From: Dehalococcoidia bacterium | GTDB lineage: Bacteria; Chloroflexota; Dehalococcoidia; UBA2979 | DNA: 64,000 nucleotides | Reading direction: 5' to 3' | Assembly (NCBI GenBank): GCA_965262725.1 | Contig: OZ253555.1 | Location: forward strand, 1,280,001 to 1,344,000 | Shown: in pieces, positions 42,528-52,743 of the stretch | Position numbering within the stretch: the first letter of the stretch is position 1 | Layout of the letters: every line of letters begins with the position of its first letter | Translations under genes and position numbers: made by a program | The notes under the pieces: model-generated | Told to the model about the DNA's origin: nothing | Seen by the model: only the letters and a program-made list of their open reading frames with translations | Database searches by the model: none

Positions 42528-43675
42528 CCGCTCTCGGTCCGGGAAGGCCGGCGTCCTCGCGGACCCTGTCCCACCATCACGTCGGTCCGGAGCTGGCCGC
42601 ACGCCGCCGCGATCTGCGCGCCGCGCTCCACGCGCACCGTCGCCGCGATCCCTGCAATCTGCAGCTCGCGCTGGAAGGCGCGCACGCGCTCGCGGCGGGG
42701 GCGCCGGAGCCCCGCGCCGGGTACCGGGTTGTACGGGATGAGGTTCACGTGGGCCCGCTCGCCGCGGAGCCGCTGACCGAGTCGCCGCGCATGCGCCGGC
42801 TCGTCGTTCACGCCCTCGAGCAGCGCGTACGCGAAGGTGACGCGGCGTCCCGTCCGCTCGCGGTAGTGCCGCGCAGCACCGAGCAACCCGTCGATGGTGA
42901 TCCCGCCCGCCGTGGGCACCAGGCGCCGCCTGAGCTCGTCGTCGGGCGCATGCAGCGAGATCGCGAGACCGAGCGGCAGCCCTTCCTCCGCGAGCCGAGC
43001 GAGGGGTGCCATGAGGCCGACCGTCGAGATCGTCACCGCGCGCGGAGAGAGTCCCAGCCCCTCGGGCGCCACGAGCCATCGGATCGCGCGCATCGTTGTC
43101 CCGTAGTTGGCGAGCGGCTCTCCCATGCCCATGAACACGACATTCGTGACGCGCCGTTCCCGCTGCACGTGCAGGACCTGGTCGAGCACCTCCGCGGGCC
43201 GCAGGTTGCGGGTGAAGCCCTGCAACCCGGTCGCGCAGAACACGCAGGCCATCGCGCAGCCGAGCTGCGTGGAGACGCACACGGTCGTGCGCCCGGAGCG
43301 GATGTGTCCCTCCGCGTCGGGGTCGTACGCCATCCGTACGGCCTCGACCATCCCGCTCGAGCCGAGGTCGAAGAGGAACTTGCAGGTGTCCCCGCCGTCC
43401 GATTCCGTCGCCGCGACCACCGGCGGGGGCGCGAGCGAGAGGCTGTCGGCGAGTCGGCTGCGCAAGGGCCGGGGAAGGTCGGTCATCTGCTCGAAATCCG
43501 TGGCGCACGCCCGCAGCACCCAGCGTGCGATCTGATGGGCGCGGTACGCGGGGTGACCCCAGCCGCGGAGCAGCTCCCTGAGCTCCTCCAGCGAGAGGTC
43601 GAGCAGCGCCGTCCGGGCGTCCCCGGGCGGCCGCGCGGTGGCGGGAGGCCGGTCGGTTGTGCCGGAGGGGAGCAT
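42524..43675 (-). CDS. rlmN: Dual-specificity RNA methyltransferase RlmN
   Basis: CVSTQLGCAMACVFCATG, MGMGEP, SLHA, NLIPYN, AACGQL. Start approximate. Confidence 0.93.
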   Translation of the reverse strand: MLPSGTTDRPPATARPPGDARTALLDLSLEELRELLRGWGHPAYRAHQIARWVLRACATDFEQMTDLPRPLRSRLADSLSLAPPPVVAATESDGGDTCKFLFDLGSSGMVEAVRMAYDPDAEGHIRSGRTTVCVSTQLGCAMACVFCATGLQGFTRNLRPAEVLDQVLHVQRERRVTNVVFMGMGEPLANYGTTMRAIRWLVAPEGLGLSPRAVTISTVGLMAPLARLAEEGLPLGLAISLHAPDDELRRRLVPTAGGITIDGLLGAARHYRERTGRRVTFAYALLEGVNDEPAHARRLGQRLRGERAHVNLIPYNPVPGAGLRRPRRERVRAFQRELQIAGIAATVRVERGAQIAAACGQLRTDVMVGQGPRGRRPSRTESG

Positions 43676-43688
43676 CACGCAGGCCAGC

Positions 43689-44711
43689 CTATCCGCTAGT
43701 TCGATCACCGCCGCCGAGGCACGTGCCCAGCAGCCGGCCATCGCCGTGCAAGTACTCCTCGATCGTCATCGAGCGCCGGCCGGCGCGCTGCACGCGCAGC
43801 AGCGCGAGTCCGCCCTCGCCGGTCACGACCACGGCCCGGGACAGGCGCCCGGGGAGCATGGGGGTCAGCGGCTCGCCGGCGCCGGCGAGGACGGTGCCGG
43901 GGCGCGGGCCGTCCGCCGCATCCGGGAGCGACATCGGCCACGCCTCCTGTACTAGGAACGGCCGCCCCCCGCCGCGCTTGTCGGTGGGGTAGGTCGCGGC
44001 TGCCTGCGGCCACGGCTGGTATGCCCGGACGCGGCGCCAGATCTCGACGGCGGGGAGCGACCAGTCGATCGCGCCGTCGGATCGGGCGAGGCTCGGGGCG
44101 TAGCTCGCATGGGAGTCGTCCTGTGGAGCCGCCGGGATCGTCCCCGCCACCCACGCGGGTAGCCACTCGATCAGGAGCGACGCCCCGAGTTCTGCGATCC
44201 GGGAGGTGAGCGTGCCGGTCGTGTCCCGAGGATCGATCGGCGTGGGCGCCGAGGCGATCACTGGTCCGGCATCGAGCTTGCGCTCGACGACCATCAGCGA
44301 GGCGCCGGACTCCGCGTCGCCCGCGAGGATCGCCGCGGAGACGGGTGATGCCCCTCGGTGCCGGGGCAACAGTGAAGCGTGCAGGTTGATCACGCCGTGC
44401 GGGAATGCGTCCAAGAGGTGGGTGGGCAGCAGGTGTCCCGATGCGGCGAGGACGCCCACGTCGGGCCGCAGCGCCGCGACGTGCTCCGTCGTCTCGCGGC
44501 GGAGCCGTTCCGGCGCGAGCACCGGAATGTCGGCGGCCGCGGCCGCGGCTGCCACCTCGGTGGGCACCGGTCGACCGCTGCGGCCCCGCGGCCGTGGCGG
44601 TTGGGTGACCGCGCAGATGACGTCGGCCCACGGCGCCTCTAGCAGAGCCGCGAGCGTTGGCAGGGCGAACGACGGCGAGCCAAAGAAGACGACGCGGAGA
44701 GGGGGCTCCAT
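43689..44711 (-). CDS. fmt: Methionyl-tRNA formyltransferase
   Basis: [37 protein letters not shown]. Confidence 0.95.
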   Translation of the reverse strand: MEPPLRVVFFGSPSFALPTLAALLEAPWADVICAVTQPPRPRGRSGRPVPTEVAAAAAAADIPVLAPERLRRETTEHVAALRPDVGVLAASGHLLPTHLLDAFPHGVINLHASLLPRHRGASPVSAAILAGDAESGASLMVVERKLDAGPVIASAPTPIDPRDTTGTLTSRIAELGASLLIEWLPAWVAGTIPAAPQDDSHASYAPSLARSDGAIDWSLPAVEIWRRVRAYQPWPQAAATYPTDKRGGGRPFLVQEAWPMSLPDAADGPRPGTVLAGAGEPLTPMLPGRLSRAVVVTGEGGLALLRVQRAGRRSMTIEEYLHGDGRLLGTCLGGGDRTSG

Positions 44712-44770
44712 GCCCTCATCCTACGCCGGGAGCGGCAAGATCAAGCCGTTCACGTTGTCTCGTGATGATC

Positions 44771-44799
44771 TTGACACTACAGAACACCCGTTCTAGAGT
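44771..44799 (+). promoter_or_regulatory. recA sigma70 promoter with LexA (SOS) box in the spacer
   Basis: TTGACA(44771)-17 nt-TAGAGT(44794). GAACACCCGTTC (GAAC-N4-GTTC) at 44782-44793. Confidence 0.88.
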
Positions 44800-44875
44800 C
44801 GCGTTCGCGACGAACCTTCAGGACGGCGGAACTGTGACACCGCGGAGAGCGCGGAGCGACGAGAGGGGCCGCGAT

Positions 44876-46042
44876 ATGGGCAAGGGCCAAACTGCAGGAC
44901 GTGGGCGCCGGAAGGGTGGTCCAGGGGAGGCAGACGGTGCCTCGGGAACGCGCAGCCAGGAGCTCTCGAAGGCGATCGAGCAGATCACGAAGGACTTCGG
45001 CAGCGGCGCGATCATGAAGCTCGGCGACCGCGACGCGGCGCTCAACGTGGCGGCGATCCCGACCGGTGCCCTCTCGCTCGACGTCGCGCTCGGGATCGGC
45101 GGCGTTCCGCGTGGCCGCATCGTCGAGATCTTCGGCCCGGAGTCGGCGGGGAAGTCCACGCTCGCGCAGCACGTGATCGCTGAGGCGCAGAAGCGCGGTG
45201 GACTCGCCGCCTATATCGACGTGGAGCATGCGCTCGATCCCGAATACGCGGCTGCCTGTGGCATCGACGTGGACGAGTTGCTCGTCTCGCAGCCCGACAC
45301 GGGTGAGCAGGCGCTCGAGATCTGTGAGGCGCTCATCCGCTCCAACGCGCTCGATATCGTCGTCGTCGACTCGGTCGCGGCCCTCGTACCCCGCGCCGAG
45401 ATCGAGGGGGATATGGGGGACTCGCTTCCCGGTCTGCAGGCGAGGCTGATGTCGCAGGCGCTGCGCAAGCTCACGGGAGCGACCGCGCGATCGCAGACGT
45501 CGCTCGTCTTCGTCAACCAGCTGCGCGAGAAGGTCGGCGTGATCTTCGGGAGCCCCGAGGTCACCCCCGGGGGCCGCGCCCTGAAGTTCTACTCGTCGGT
45601 GCGCATCGAGATCCGACGCACCGAGAGCCTGAAGGATGGACAGACCTTCATCGGTAACCGCGTCCGTTGCAAGGTTGTGAAGAATAAGGTCGCGCCGCCG
45701 TTCCGGCAGGCGGAGTTCGACATCATGTTCGGCCCGGATGTCTTCGGCATCAACCGCACAGGCGACATAATCGACCTGGCGACGCACTACGAGATCGTGA
45801 CGAAGCTCGGGGCGTTTTACTCATACGGCGACCTGCGGCTGGGGCAGGGACGGAAGAACGCGTCCACGTTCCTCCGTGAGCACCCCGACATGTCGGACGA
45901 GATCGAGACGCAGGTACGTGCGGCCGCCGGGCTCCCCGGAACCCCGGAGCAGCAGGCCGCCGTCGTCGAGGAGCCCGCGGCCCAGGCTGCCGCGGGCGGC
46001 GGCGAGGCCCCGGGAGGCGGGTTGCTGCCGCTCGATGTCTAG
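44876..46042 (+). CDS. recA: Recombinase RecA
   Basis: [57 protein letters not shown]. Confidence 0.98.
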   Translation: MGKGQTAGRGRRKGGPGEADGASGTRSQELSKAIEQITKDFGSGAIMKLGDRDAALNVAAIPTGALSLDVALGIGGVPRGRIVEIFGPESAGKSTLAQHVIAEAQKRGGLAAYIDVEHALDPEYAAACGIDVDELLVSQPDTGEQALEICEALIRSNALDIVVVDSVAALVPRAEIEGDMGDSLPGLQARLMSQALRKLTGATARSQTSLVFVNQLREKVGVIFGSPEVTPGGRALKFYSSVRIEIRRTESLKDGQTFIGNRVRCKVVKNKVAPPFRQAEFDIMFGPDVFGINRTGDIIDLATHYEIVTKLGAFYSYGDLRLGQGRKNASTFLREHPDMSDEIETQVRAAAGLPGTPEQQAAVVEEPAAQAAAGGGEAPGGGLLPLDV

Positions 46043-46589
46043 GCGAGCGGGCGCCGCGAGGGGCGGACTCGTCGGCCTCAAGCCGAGCGTGCCGGCGCCT
46101 CGCGGCGCGCTCGCCGAGGCGGTGGCGCTGCTCGCGCACCGCGCGCGTACGAGCTCCGAGCTGCGGGAGGCACTGGCCGGGCGTCACGCCCCGGGTGAGC
46201 TTGAGGCAGCCCTGGAGCGGCTTCGCCATCTCGGCTACCTCGACGACGAGGTCTGGGCGCGCCGCTACGTGGAGAGCCGTCGCGGGCGGGGTCGCGGCTC
46301 GTGGCTGCTGCGGCGGGAGCTTCTGCAACGGGGAGTTGACGCGGGCGTTGTCGAGGCAGTCCTTGCCGGCCGCGACGAGCTCGCGGCGGCGTGCGCGGCG
46401 GCTCGGCCGCGGCTTCGCGCGTCCGACGAGCTGCGCGCGGAGCCGCCGAGTCGCCGGCTCGCTGGCTTCCTCGTACGCCGCGGCTTCGCGCCGGAGGTCG
46501 TCGCGCAGGCGGTGCGCGAGCTGCTCGGCAAGGAGTTCGAGACCCAGGCCGGGGACCCCGGGGGTGGGCCGCCGATGGACGGGTCCTGA
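46035..46589 (+). CDS. recX: Regulatory protein RecX
   Basis: [35 protein letters not shown]. Overlaps the recA end. Confidence 0.88.
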   Translation: MSRRAGAARGGLVGLKPSVPAPRGALAEAVALLAHRARTSSELREALAGRHAPGELEAALERLRHLGYLDDEVWARRYVESRRGRGRGSWLLRRELLQRGVDAGVVEAVLAGRDELAAACAAARPRLRASDELRAEPPSRRLAGFLVRRGFAPEVVAQAVRELLGKEFETQAGDPGGGPPMDGS

Positions 46590-46772
46590 TCGCCCACTAG
46601 GCCGTGTGGCGCGCCGACGCGGCGGATGCAAACGTACCTGTCCGCCGCGGCGAAGGCTCTCCGTTCGCTCGCGGCGGGTCGACGATGCTACGATCCCTAG
46701 GATCACACTACTGACTTCTACTCGTCGCGCGAGGCGATCGCGCGCGACCGAGCTGGCGAAGCGGAGAATCCA

Positions 46773-48296
46773 ATGGAAACCGTTGTAGTAGCTGCGGCGG
46801 CGGGCGTCGCCGTCGGCATGGTGGTGCTCTACGTCTGGGTGCGCGTTTCGTCGGGAGGAGCGGTGCGCGCCGCACGCGAGCGGGCACGCCTCATCGAGAG
46901 CGAGGCGGAGACTCGGTCGCGCCAGGCGCAGGTGCAGGCTGAGCAGGAGGCTCTGGAGTACCGGCGTGAAGCCGAGAGAGAGGCGCGAGATCAGCGTCGC
47001 GAGCTGACGCGCGCGGAACGCCGGCTTGAGCAGCGTGAGGAGACGCTGGAGCGCCGCGCGGAGGGGCTGGAACGCGGCGAGCAGAGCCTGCGCGAACGCA
47101 GCGATCGGGTTGACATCGCCGAGCGAACCGCCGAAGAGGAGCGTGTCGCCGTCGCGGAGCTTCGAGAGCGCATAGCCGGTATGACGGAGGATGAGGCGCG
47201 CGCCGAGCTGCTGGAGACGCTCGACCGGGAACTCGCGGAGGAGGCCGCACGACGCGTCCGCGCGATGGAGGCGTCGGCGAAGGCGGAGGTCGATTCCCGG
47301 GCTCGCAAGACACTCGCCACGGTCATGCAGCGCATGACTTCCGAGATCACGGCAGAGACGACGGTCTCCGTGGTTCCGCTTCCCTCCGACGAGCTGAAGG
47401 GCCGCATCATTGGCCGCGAGGGCCGCAACATCCGTGCCTTCGAGGCGGCAACGGGGTGCGACTTGATCATCGACGACACGCCGGAGGTCGTCACCGTTAC
47501 GGGGTTCGATCCGGTGCGGCGAGAGGTCGCACGCGTCGCGCTCGCTCGCCTTATCCAGGACGGGCGCATCCACCCCACTCGCATCGAGGAGGCGGTGACG
47601 CGTGCGCGCTCCGAGGTCGACGAGATGGTGGTGGACGCTGGCGAACAGGCCGTCGTGGACACCGACGTCACGGGGCTTCACCAGGAGGTCGTGAAGACGC
47701 TCGGGCGGCTGCGCTTCCGCTACTCCTATGGCCAGAATCAGCTGCGCCACTCGATCGAGACATCGTGGCTGGCCGCGGCGGTTGCCGCCGAGATCGGAGC
47801 GGACGTGGAAGTCTGCCGCGTCGGCGGGCTGCTGCATGATCTCGGCAAGGCAGCGGACCGCGAACTCGAGGGGACACACGCGCGCATCGGCGCCGACATC
47901 GCGCGGCGCTTCGGCGTGCCGCAGCCGGTTGTTCACTGCATCGAAGCTCACCACGAGGAGGTGCGGCCCGAAACGACCGAGGCGCTCGTCGTGATGATCG
48001 CAGACGGGATCTCGGGCGGGCGCCCGGGAGCGCGCCGGGAGTCGGTCGAAGAATACGTGAAGCGCCTCGAGGCGCTCGAGGCGATCGCCAACTCCTTCGA
48101 GGGGGTCGATGAGTCCTTCGCCATCCAGGCGGGTCGCGAGGTGCGCGTCATCGTGCAGCCCGATCGCGTGGACGACCTTGCCGCGAGCCGTCTCGCGCGC
48201 GACGTCTCCCGTAAAATCGAGGAGACGATGCAGTACCCTGGGGAGATCCGCGTGACCGTTGTTCGGGAGACCCGGGCCACAGCCACCGCGCACTGA
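46773..48296 (+). CDS. rny: Ribonuclease Y
   Basis: N-terminal TM helix and coiled coil, KGRIIGREGRNIR (KH domain), LLHDLGK (HD domain), AIQAGREVR. Confidence 0.97.
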   Translation: METVVVAAAAGVAVGMVVLYVWVRVSSGGAVRAARERARLIESEAETRSRQAQVQAEQEALEYRREAEREARDQRRELTRAERRLEQREETLERRAEGLERGEQSLRERSDRVDIAERTAEEERVAVAELRERIAGMTEDEARAELLETLDRELAEEAARRVRAMEASAKAEVDSRARKTLATVMQRMTSEITAETTVSVVPLPSDELKGRIIGREGRNIRAFEAATGCDLIIDDTPEVVTVTGFDPVRREVARVALARLIQDGRIHPTRIEEAVTRARSEVDEMVVDAGEQAVVDTDVTGLHQEVVKTLGRLRFRYSYGQNQLRHSIETSWLAAAVAAEIGADVEVCRVGGLLHDLGKAADRELEGTHARIGADIARRFGVPQPVVHCIEAHHEEVRPETTEALVVMIADGISGGRPGARRESVEEYVKRLEALEAIANSFEGVDESFAIQAGREVRVIVQPDRVDDLAASRLARDVSRKIEETMQYPGEIRVTVVRETRATATAH

Positions 48297-49072
48297 TGCG
48301 TGTCCTTATGGTTGGGGACGTCGTTGGAAGCCCGGGGCGTCGGGCGGTAGCCCGGCTGCTCCCCGAGCTTCGGCGGGACCTCGCCATCGACGTCATCGTT
48401 GCGAACGCAGAGAACGCCGCCGCCGGCCGCGGGCTCACCGTGCGGACCGCGAAGGAACTGCTCGACGCTGGCGTCGACGTGCTGACCTCCGGCAACCACA
48501 TCTTTGATGTGCGCGACTTCGTTCCCTCGCTCGACGGCGATCTTCCTGTGCTGCGGCCGGCGAACTACCCGGAGGTGACGCCGGGCCGGGGCGTGCTGAC
48601 GGTCCGCGGCGTGACGGTCATCAACCTCATGGGCCGCGTCTTCATGCCGGTGCAGGTGGACGATCCGTTCCGCGTGGCCGACACCCTCCTCGGGCAGCTC
48701 GCAGGACCCGAGCCCGTCGTCGTCGACTTCCACGCCGAGGCGACCAGCGAGAAGCAGGCGCTCGCGTGGTACCTAGACGGGCGCGTCGCGGCGGTCGTCG
48801 GCACACACACACACACACCGACCGCCGACGCGCGGCTGTTGCCGCGTGGGACCGCACAGGTGTCGGATCTCGGCATGGTGGGGGTGCTGGACTCGATCAT
48901 TGGCGACGATGCCGAGTCGGTGATCGATCGCTTCTTGACGGGGATGCCGACGCGCCTCCCGGTCGCCTCTGGCGAGGAGGCGGTTTTGCAGTCGGTGCTG
49001 ATCGAGATTGACGAGGAGACACGGCTTGCGACCGGCATCGAGCGCATCGACCGAGGGTGCCTCATTGTCTGA
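48296..49072 (+). CDS. ymdB: YmdB/TIGR00282 family metallophosphoesterase
   Basis: GDVVG, NAEN, TSGNH, DFHAEATSEK, GTHTH, DLGM. Follows rny. Confidence 0.92.
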   Translation: MRVLMVGDVVGSPGRRAVARLLPELRRDLAIDVIVANAENAAAGRGLTVRTAKELLDAGVDVLTSGNHIFDVRDFVPSLDGDLPVLRPANYPEVTPGRGVLTVRGVTVINLMGRVFMPVQVDDPFRVADTLLGQLAGPEPVVVDFHAEATSEKQALAWYLDGRVAAVVGTHTHTPTADARLLPRGTAQVSDLGMVGVLDSIIGDDAESVIDRFLTGMPTRLPVASGEEAVLQSVLIEIDEETRLATGIERIDRGCLIV

Positions 49073-49105
49073 CCATCGCGGGTGCTGCCGATGGGACGAG
49101 ATGTC

Positions 49106-49987
49106 ATGAGCCGGGGCGACTTCCACACGCACTCCACCCGATCCGACGGGACGCTGACGCCCACGGAGCTAGTCCGTCTCGCGTGGCGGAATGGCGTGCG
49201 CATGCTCGCGCTTACCGATCACGACACGCTGGAGGGGATCGCCGAGGCCCGCGCGGCGGCCTGTGAATTGCCGGGTATGCAGCTCGTTCCGGGTGTTGAG
49301 CTCTCCTGCGATTTGCCCGGGACCGAGCTCCACGTCCTTGGCTTGTTCGTCGATCCGGACGATGAGGTCTTCTCGGCCGAGCTCGCGCGGTTCCGCGAAG
49401 GTCGCGTCGAGCGCGGCCAGGCGATCGTGGACGCGCTCGACCGGCTGGGAGTTCCGATCGACTGGGAGCGCGTTCGCGAGATCGCGGGAGACGCTTCGAT
49501 CGGCCGTCCGCACATCGCGCAGGCACTTCTCGAGCGCGGTCACGTCGCGAGCATCCGGGACGCATTCGATCGCTACCTTGCGCACGACGGCCCCGCCTAC
49601 GTGAGGCGCGAGAAGCTGGAGCCGGAGCGGGCGCTCGAGATGATCTCGAGAGCGGGCGGCGTCGCGGTCTTCGCTCACCCATCCTTCTCGCGAGGCAATG
49701 ACGCCATCGCGAAGCGGCTGGCCGCCGCGGGCCTGTTCGGCATGGAGGTCTATTACAAGGACTATCCGCCGGACCTGGTTGAGGAGTTGCGGGGGCTGGC
49801 GGCCCGCCTCGACCTCTTCCCGCTCGGGGGATCCGACTACCACGCGTTGCCGGGCCAGCTCGAGCGCGAACCGGGCGACATCCCCCTTCCCGACGAGGTG
49901 GTGGATCGTCTGGTCGATGAGGTGCGACGCCGAGGCTGTCAGGTACCCGAACCGGCGCCCGCGCCCGCGGGTGATACGACACCCTAG
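49106..49987 (+). CDS. PHP domain phosphoesterase (TrpH/YciV-like)
   Basis: DFHTHSTRSDG, LTDHDT, GVELS, GRPHIA, AHP, GGSDYH. Confidence 0.92.
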   Translation: MSRGDFHTHSTRSDGTLTPTELVRLAWRNGVRMLALTDHDTLEGIAEARAAACELPGMQLVPGVELSCDLPGTELHVLGLFVDPDDEVFSAELARFREGRVERGQAIVDALDRLGVPIDWERVREIAGDASIGRPHIAQALLERGHVASIRDAFDRYLAHDGPAYVRREKLEPERALEMISRAGGVAVFAHPSFSRGNDAIAKRLAAAGLFGMEVYYKDYPPDLVEELRGLAARLDLFPLGGSDYHALPGQLEREPGDIPLPDEVVDRLVDEVRRRGCQVPEPAPAPAGDTTP

Positions 49988-49998
49988 GACGTGCCGCG

Positions 49999-50505
49999 GT
50001 GCCTGCGACTACCTGCGACCGGCATCTCGATACGGGGACCGAGCTGGGGTGTCAGCGCTGCGGCATTCGGATCTGCCCACGCTGCATGGTGGAGACGCCG
50101 GTCGGCTTCCGGTGCGCGGCGTGCGCGGCCGGGCGGCGTCTGCCGATGTATCAGCTCGCACTCGGCGACTATGCGCGGGCACTCGGGGTCGCGTTGCCGC
50201 TCGGCGCCCTGTTCGGCGTTGGCGGTGCACTGCTGCTCGCCCCCACGCCCCGGGGGGGCTTCGTCGTGCTCGTGCTCGCGTTGCTCGGCGGGGCGGCTGC
50301 GGGCCGCGTCGTCGCTGCGGCGATCGACCTCGTCACACGAGGGAAGCGCGGGAGGTCGATGCAGGTGGTCGCCCTCACTGCTCTCCTGAGCGCCGGGATC
50401 GTCCGCCTCGCGGTGGGAGGGGAGCTGGACCTCGTGACTCGAGATGTAAGCGGCCTCGTGGCCGTGGCGGCAGGAGTCGTGGTCGCGTGGGATCGGTTGC
50501 GGTAG
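49999..50505 (+). CDS. B-box-type Zn-finger membrane protein
   Basis: CDRH..T...CQRCG..ICPRCM..TPVGFRCAAC followed by about four TM segments. Confidence 0.8.
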   Translation: MPATTCDRHLDTGTELGCQRCGIRICPRCMVETPVGFRCAACAAGRRLPMYQLALGDYARALGVALPLGALFGVGGALLLAPTPRGGFVVLVLALLGGAAAGRVVAAAIDLVTRGKRGRSMQVVALTALLSAGIVRLAVGGELDLVTRDVSGLVAVAAGVVVAWDRLR

Positions 50506-50515
50506 AACCGTTCCC

Positions 50516-50776
50516 CTAACGCAGTCTGTCGACGGCGATCAGCAGCACAAGCAGGCCGAAGCTCGCAAGCGAGACGCTCAACACGCGCCGAAGCTCACCG
50601 CCGACGTGGGGATACGTGGTCCTGACTGCTCGCCGGCGCTGGGCCGTGCTCGCGGATGGGCTGGCGAGCGCCTGAAGCTTCGCAGTCGCCGCCCCTGCCG
50701 GGGATTCGATCGCGGGCGCAGCAGACGGGCGAGGCCGAACTCGGCGATCGCGTCTCGTGCGTCGACTTCTCGACAT
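50516..50776 (-). CDS. Small hypothetical protein, Arg-rich with C-terminal TM helix
   Basis: ATG preceded by GGAGGG; YPHVGGELRRV followed by a hydrophobic tail. Confidence 0.65.
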   Translation of the reverse strand: MSRSRRTRRDRRVRPRPSAAPAIESPAGAATAKLQALASPSASTAQRRRAVRTTYPHVGGELRRVLSVSLASFGLLVLLIAVDRLR

Positions 50777-50840
50777 CGGGTGGGCCCTCCCGGCGCGTCA
50801 GTCTATCGAGGCTCGTCGCTGCGAGGAAGGTCACCCACCG

Positions 50841-50869
50841 TTGACCGGCAGATTGCTCACGGCTACGGT
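50841..50869 (+). promoter_or_regulatory. Putative sigma70 promoter of tRNA-Asp
   Basis: TTGACC-17 nt-TACGGT, ending 14 nt before the tRNA. Confidence 0.6.
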
Positions 50870-50883
50870 ACACGTGGTCCTGC

Positions 50884-50960
50884 GGCCCCGTAGTGTAGCG
50901 GTCCAACACGCCACCCTGTCACGGTGGAGATCGTCGGTTCGAATCCGATCGGGGTCGCCA
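50884..50960 (+). tRNA. tRNA-Asp(GTC)
   Basis: Acceptor stem GGCCCCG/CGGGGTC, anticodon arm CCACC-CTGTCAC-GGTGG, T-loop GTTCGAATC, encoded CCA. Confidence 0.97.
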
Positions 50961-51189
50961 CAGGCCAAACCTGAAGTCGCGGCCCCCGGCTTGGCTGGCT
51001 CGGGTCATTCACGCGCGCAGTGGTCGAGTGCCTCGGTGGCAGGGCCGGGGATGGTCTTCCTGTAGCGCCCTGAGCACAGTCGCGCCGACCGCGGCTCCCA
51101 GCAGTGCTTCACCTCTGTGGCTCGCGCCGCGCCACACGAGACACCAAGCTCTTCGGGCTTCACCTTCGCCCGGACCGGGGCCTGCTCGA

Positions 51190-51540
51190 CTATGGATATC
51201 CGAAGCGATTGCGTTCGTCGACGAGCACGATGCGTGGACGATGCTCGCCGAGGCGGTCCTCAGAGACGCCCTCGTAGGCCATGATGATCACGAGATCCCC
51301 CGGATTGACGAGATGCGCTGCGGCACCGTTGAGTTGTATCTCGCCGGATCCCGCGGGTGCTGGGATGGCATACGTTTCGAGCCGCGCGCCGTTTGTGACA
51401 TCGAGGACGTGCACTTGCTTCCATTCAGCAATGTCGGCGACTTCCAGCAGTGTCTGATCGACACTGATCGAGCCCTCATAGTGGAGGTCCGTGCAGGTAA
51501 CGGTCGCGCGGTGGATCTTCGAGCGCAGCATCATTCGCAT
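51190..51540 (-). CDS. panD: Aspartate 1-decarboxylase
   Basis: [17 protein letters not shown] (Gly-Ser autocleavage site), [15 protein letters not shown]. Confidence 0.95.
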   Translation of the reverse strand: MRMMLRSKIHRATVTCTDLHYEGSISVDQTLLEVADIAEWKQVHVLDVTNGARLETYAIPAPAGSGEIQLNGAAAHLVNPGDLVIIMAYEGVSEDRLGEHRPRIVLVDERNRFGYP

Positions 51541-51759
51541 CCTTGGCGTGCTCCATTCTCCTTCAGACACCGTCACGCGCACCGCGCCGAGGAACCTACG
51601 CGACGTCTCGCCCATGCCCGGCGGGATCGTGCTCGATGAGATGACGCCAACGCATTGTTTGCCCAGTTTCGGACATGCACGCAACGCCTCGCGTTGTGGG
51701 GGCGAGGCTCGGGGCGGGTTCGGTCGAGCGGCGGATCGTGGTGGTCGACCTGGATTCCG

Positions 51760-52548
51760 CTACCGCTGGCCGAGGCCGAAGCCGCCGAGCAGCGAACCCT
51801 CCCCGCGCGCGCTGCCGCCGGCCGTCGGAGCGTTCTGGATGATGCGGTTCGCGAGTCGTGAGAAGGGGAGCGACTGCAGCCAGACACGCCCGTGGCCGGA
51901 GAGGCTGGCTAGGAACAGGCCCTCGCCCCCGAACACCATCGACTTGAGGTTGCCGGCTCGCTCGATCGAGTAGTCGATCCCGGGCTCGAGGGCGACGAGG
52001 CACCCGGTGTCCACGAGTATCTTGTTGCCCTGAAGCTCCTTCTCGATCACCGTCCCACCGACCGAGAGGAAGGCCATGCCGTCGCCGCTCAAGCGCTGGA
52101 GGATGAATCCTTCGCCGCCGAACAGCCCCGTCCCGAGGTTCCGTCGGAAGGCGATGTCGATCTTCGTCCCCAGCGCGGCGCAGAGGAAGGCATCCTTCTG
52201 CGCCAGGATCGTCCCCCCGAGCTCGGCCAGGTCGACGGGGAGGACCGTGCCCGGGAACTCAGCCGAGAATGCGACGACCTTCTTGCCCCGTCCGCCGTTT
52301 GTGAAGTGCGTGAGGAAGACCGATTCCTGCGCCATCGCCCGCTTGCCGGCGTCCTTGAGCCGGCCCCAGAGTCCCTGGTCGGGGTCGGCACCGTCCCCCA
52401 ACTTCGTCTCGAAGCGGACATCCGAGTCGAGGAACATCATCGCCCCGGCCTCACCGATCACGGTCTCGCCGGGGTCGAGTTCGACCTCGACGAACTGCAG
52501 ATCGTCGCCGAGGATGCGGTAGTCGATCACGTCACTTCGTCTCGCCAT
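51760..52548 (-). CDS. TIGR00266/AIM24 family protein
   Basis: GDDLQFVEVELDPGETVIGEAGAM, FGGEGFILQ, FGGEGLFLA, WLQSLPFSRLA. Confidence 0.9.
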   Translation of the reverse strand: MARRSDVIDYRILGDDLQFVEVELDPGETVIGEAGAMMFLDSDVRFETKLGDGADPDQGLWGRLKDAGKRAMAQESVFLTHFTNGGRGKKVVAFSAEFPGTVLPVDLAELGGTILAQKDAFLCAALGTKIDIAFRRNLGTGLFGGEGFILQRLSGDGMAFLSVGGTVIEKELQGNKILVDTGCLVALEPGIDYSIERAGNLKSMVFGGEGLFLASLSGHGRVWLQSLPFSRLANRIIQNAPTAGGSARGEGSLLGGFGLGQR

Positions 52549-52743
52549 GTGAGGCCTCTCCATCGCCCGGGCGCCCGGATGCGGGTCGGCCCTGCTGATG
52601 ATCATAGCGCGGCCCGCGTCGTGCGTGCGGCTCCCCACTGCGGGCTGGAGCAGCGGCGACGGAGAGGTCATCCCGACCGCGGAGCGCCGCGAGCGCCGGC
52701 CGCGCTTCCCCGGGCCGCCGGGGCCTCGGCGACGGCGTGCCGT

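Noticed and set aside
51004-51165. Cys-containing minus-strand micro-ORF (VKPEELGVSC...) between panD and tRNA-Asp
   Set aside because: No recognisable motif or clear RBS, so it cannot be supported as a gene.
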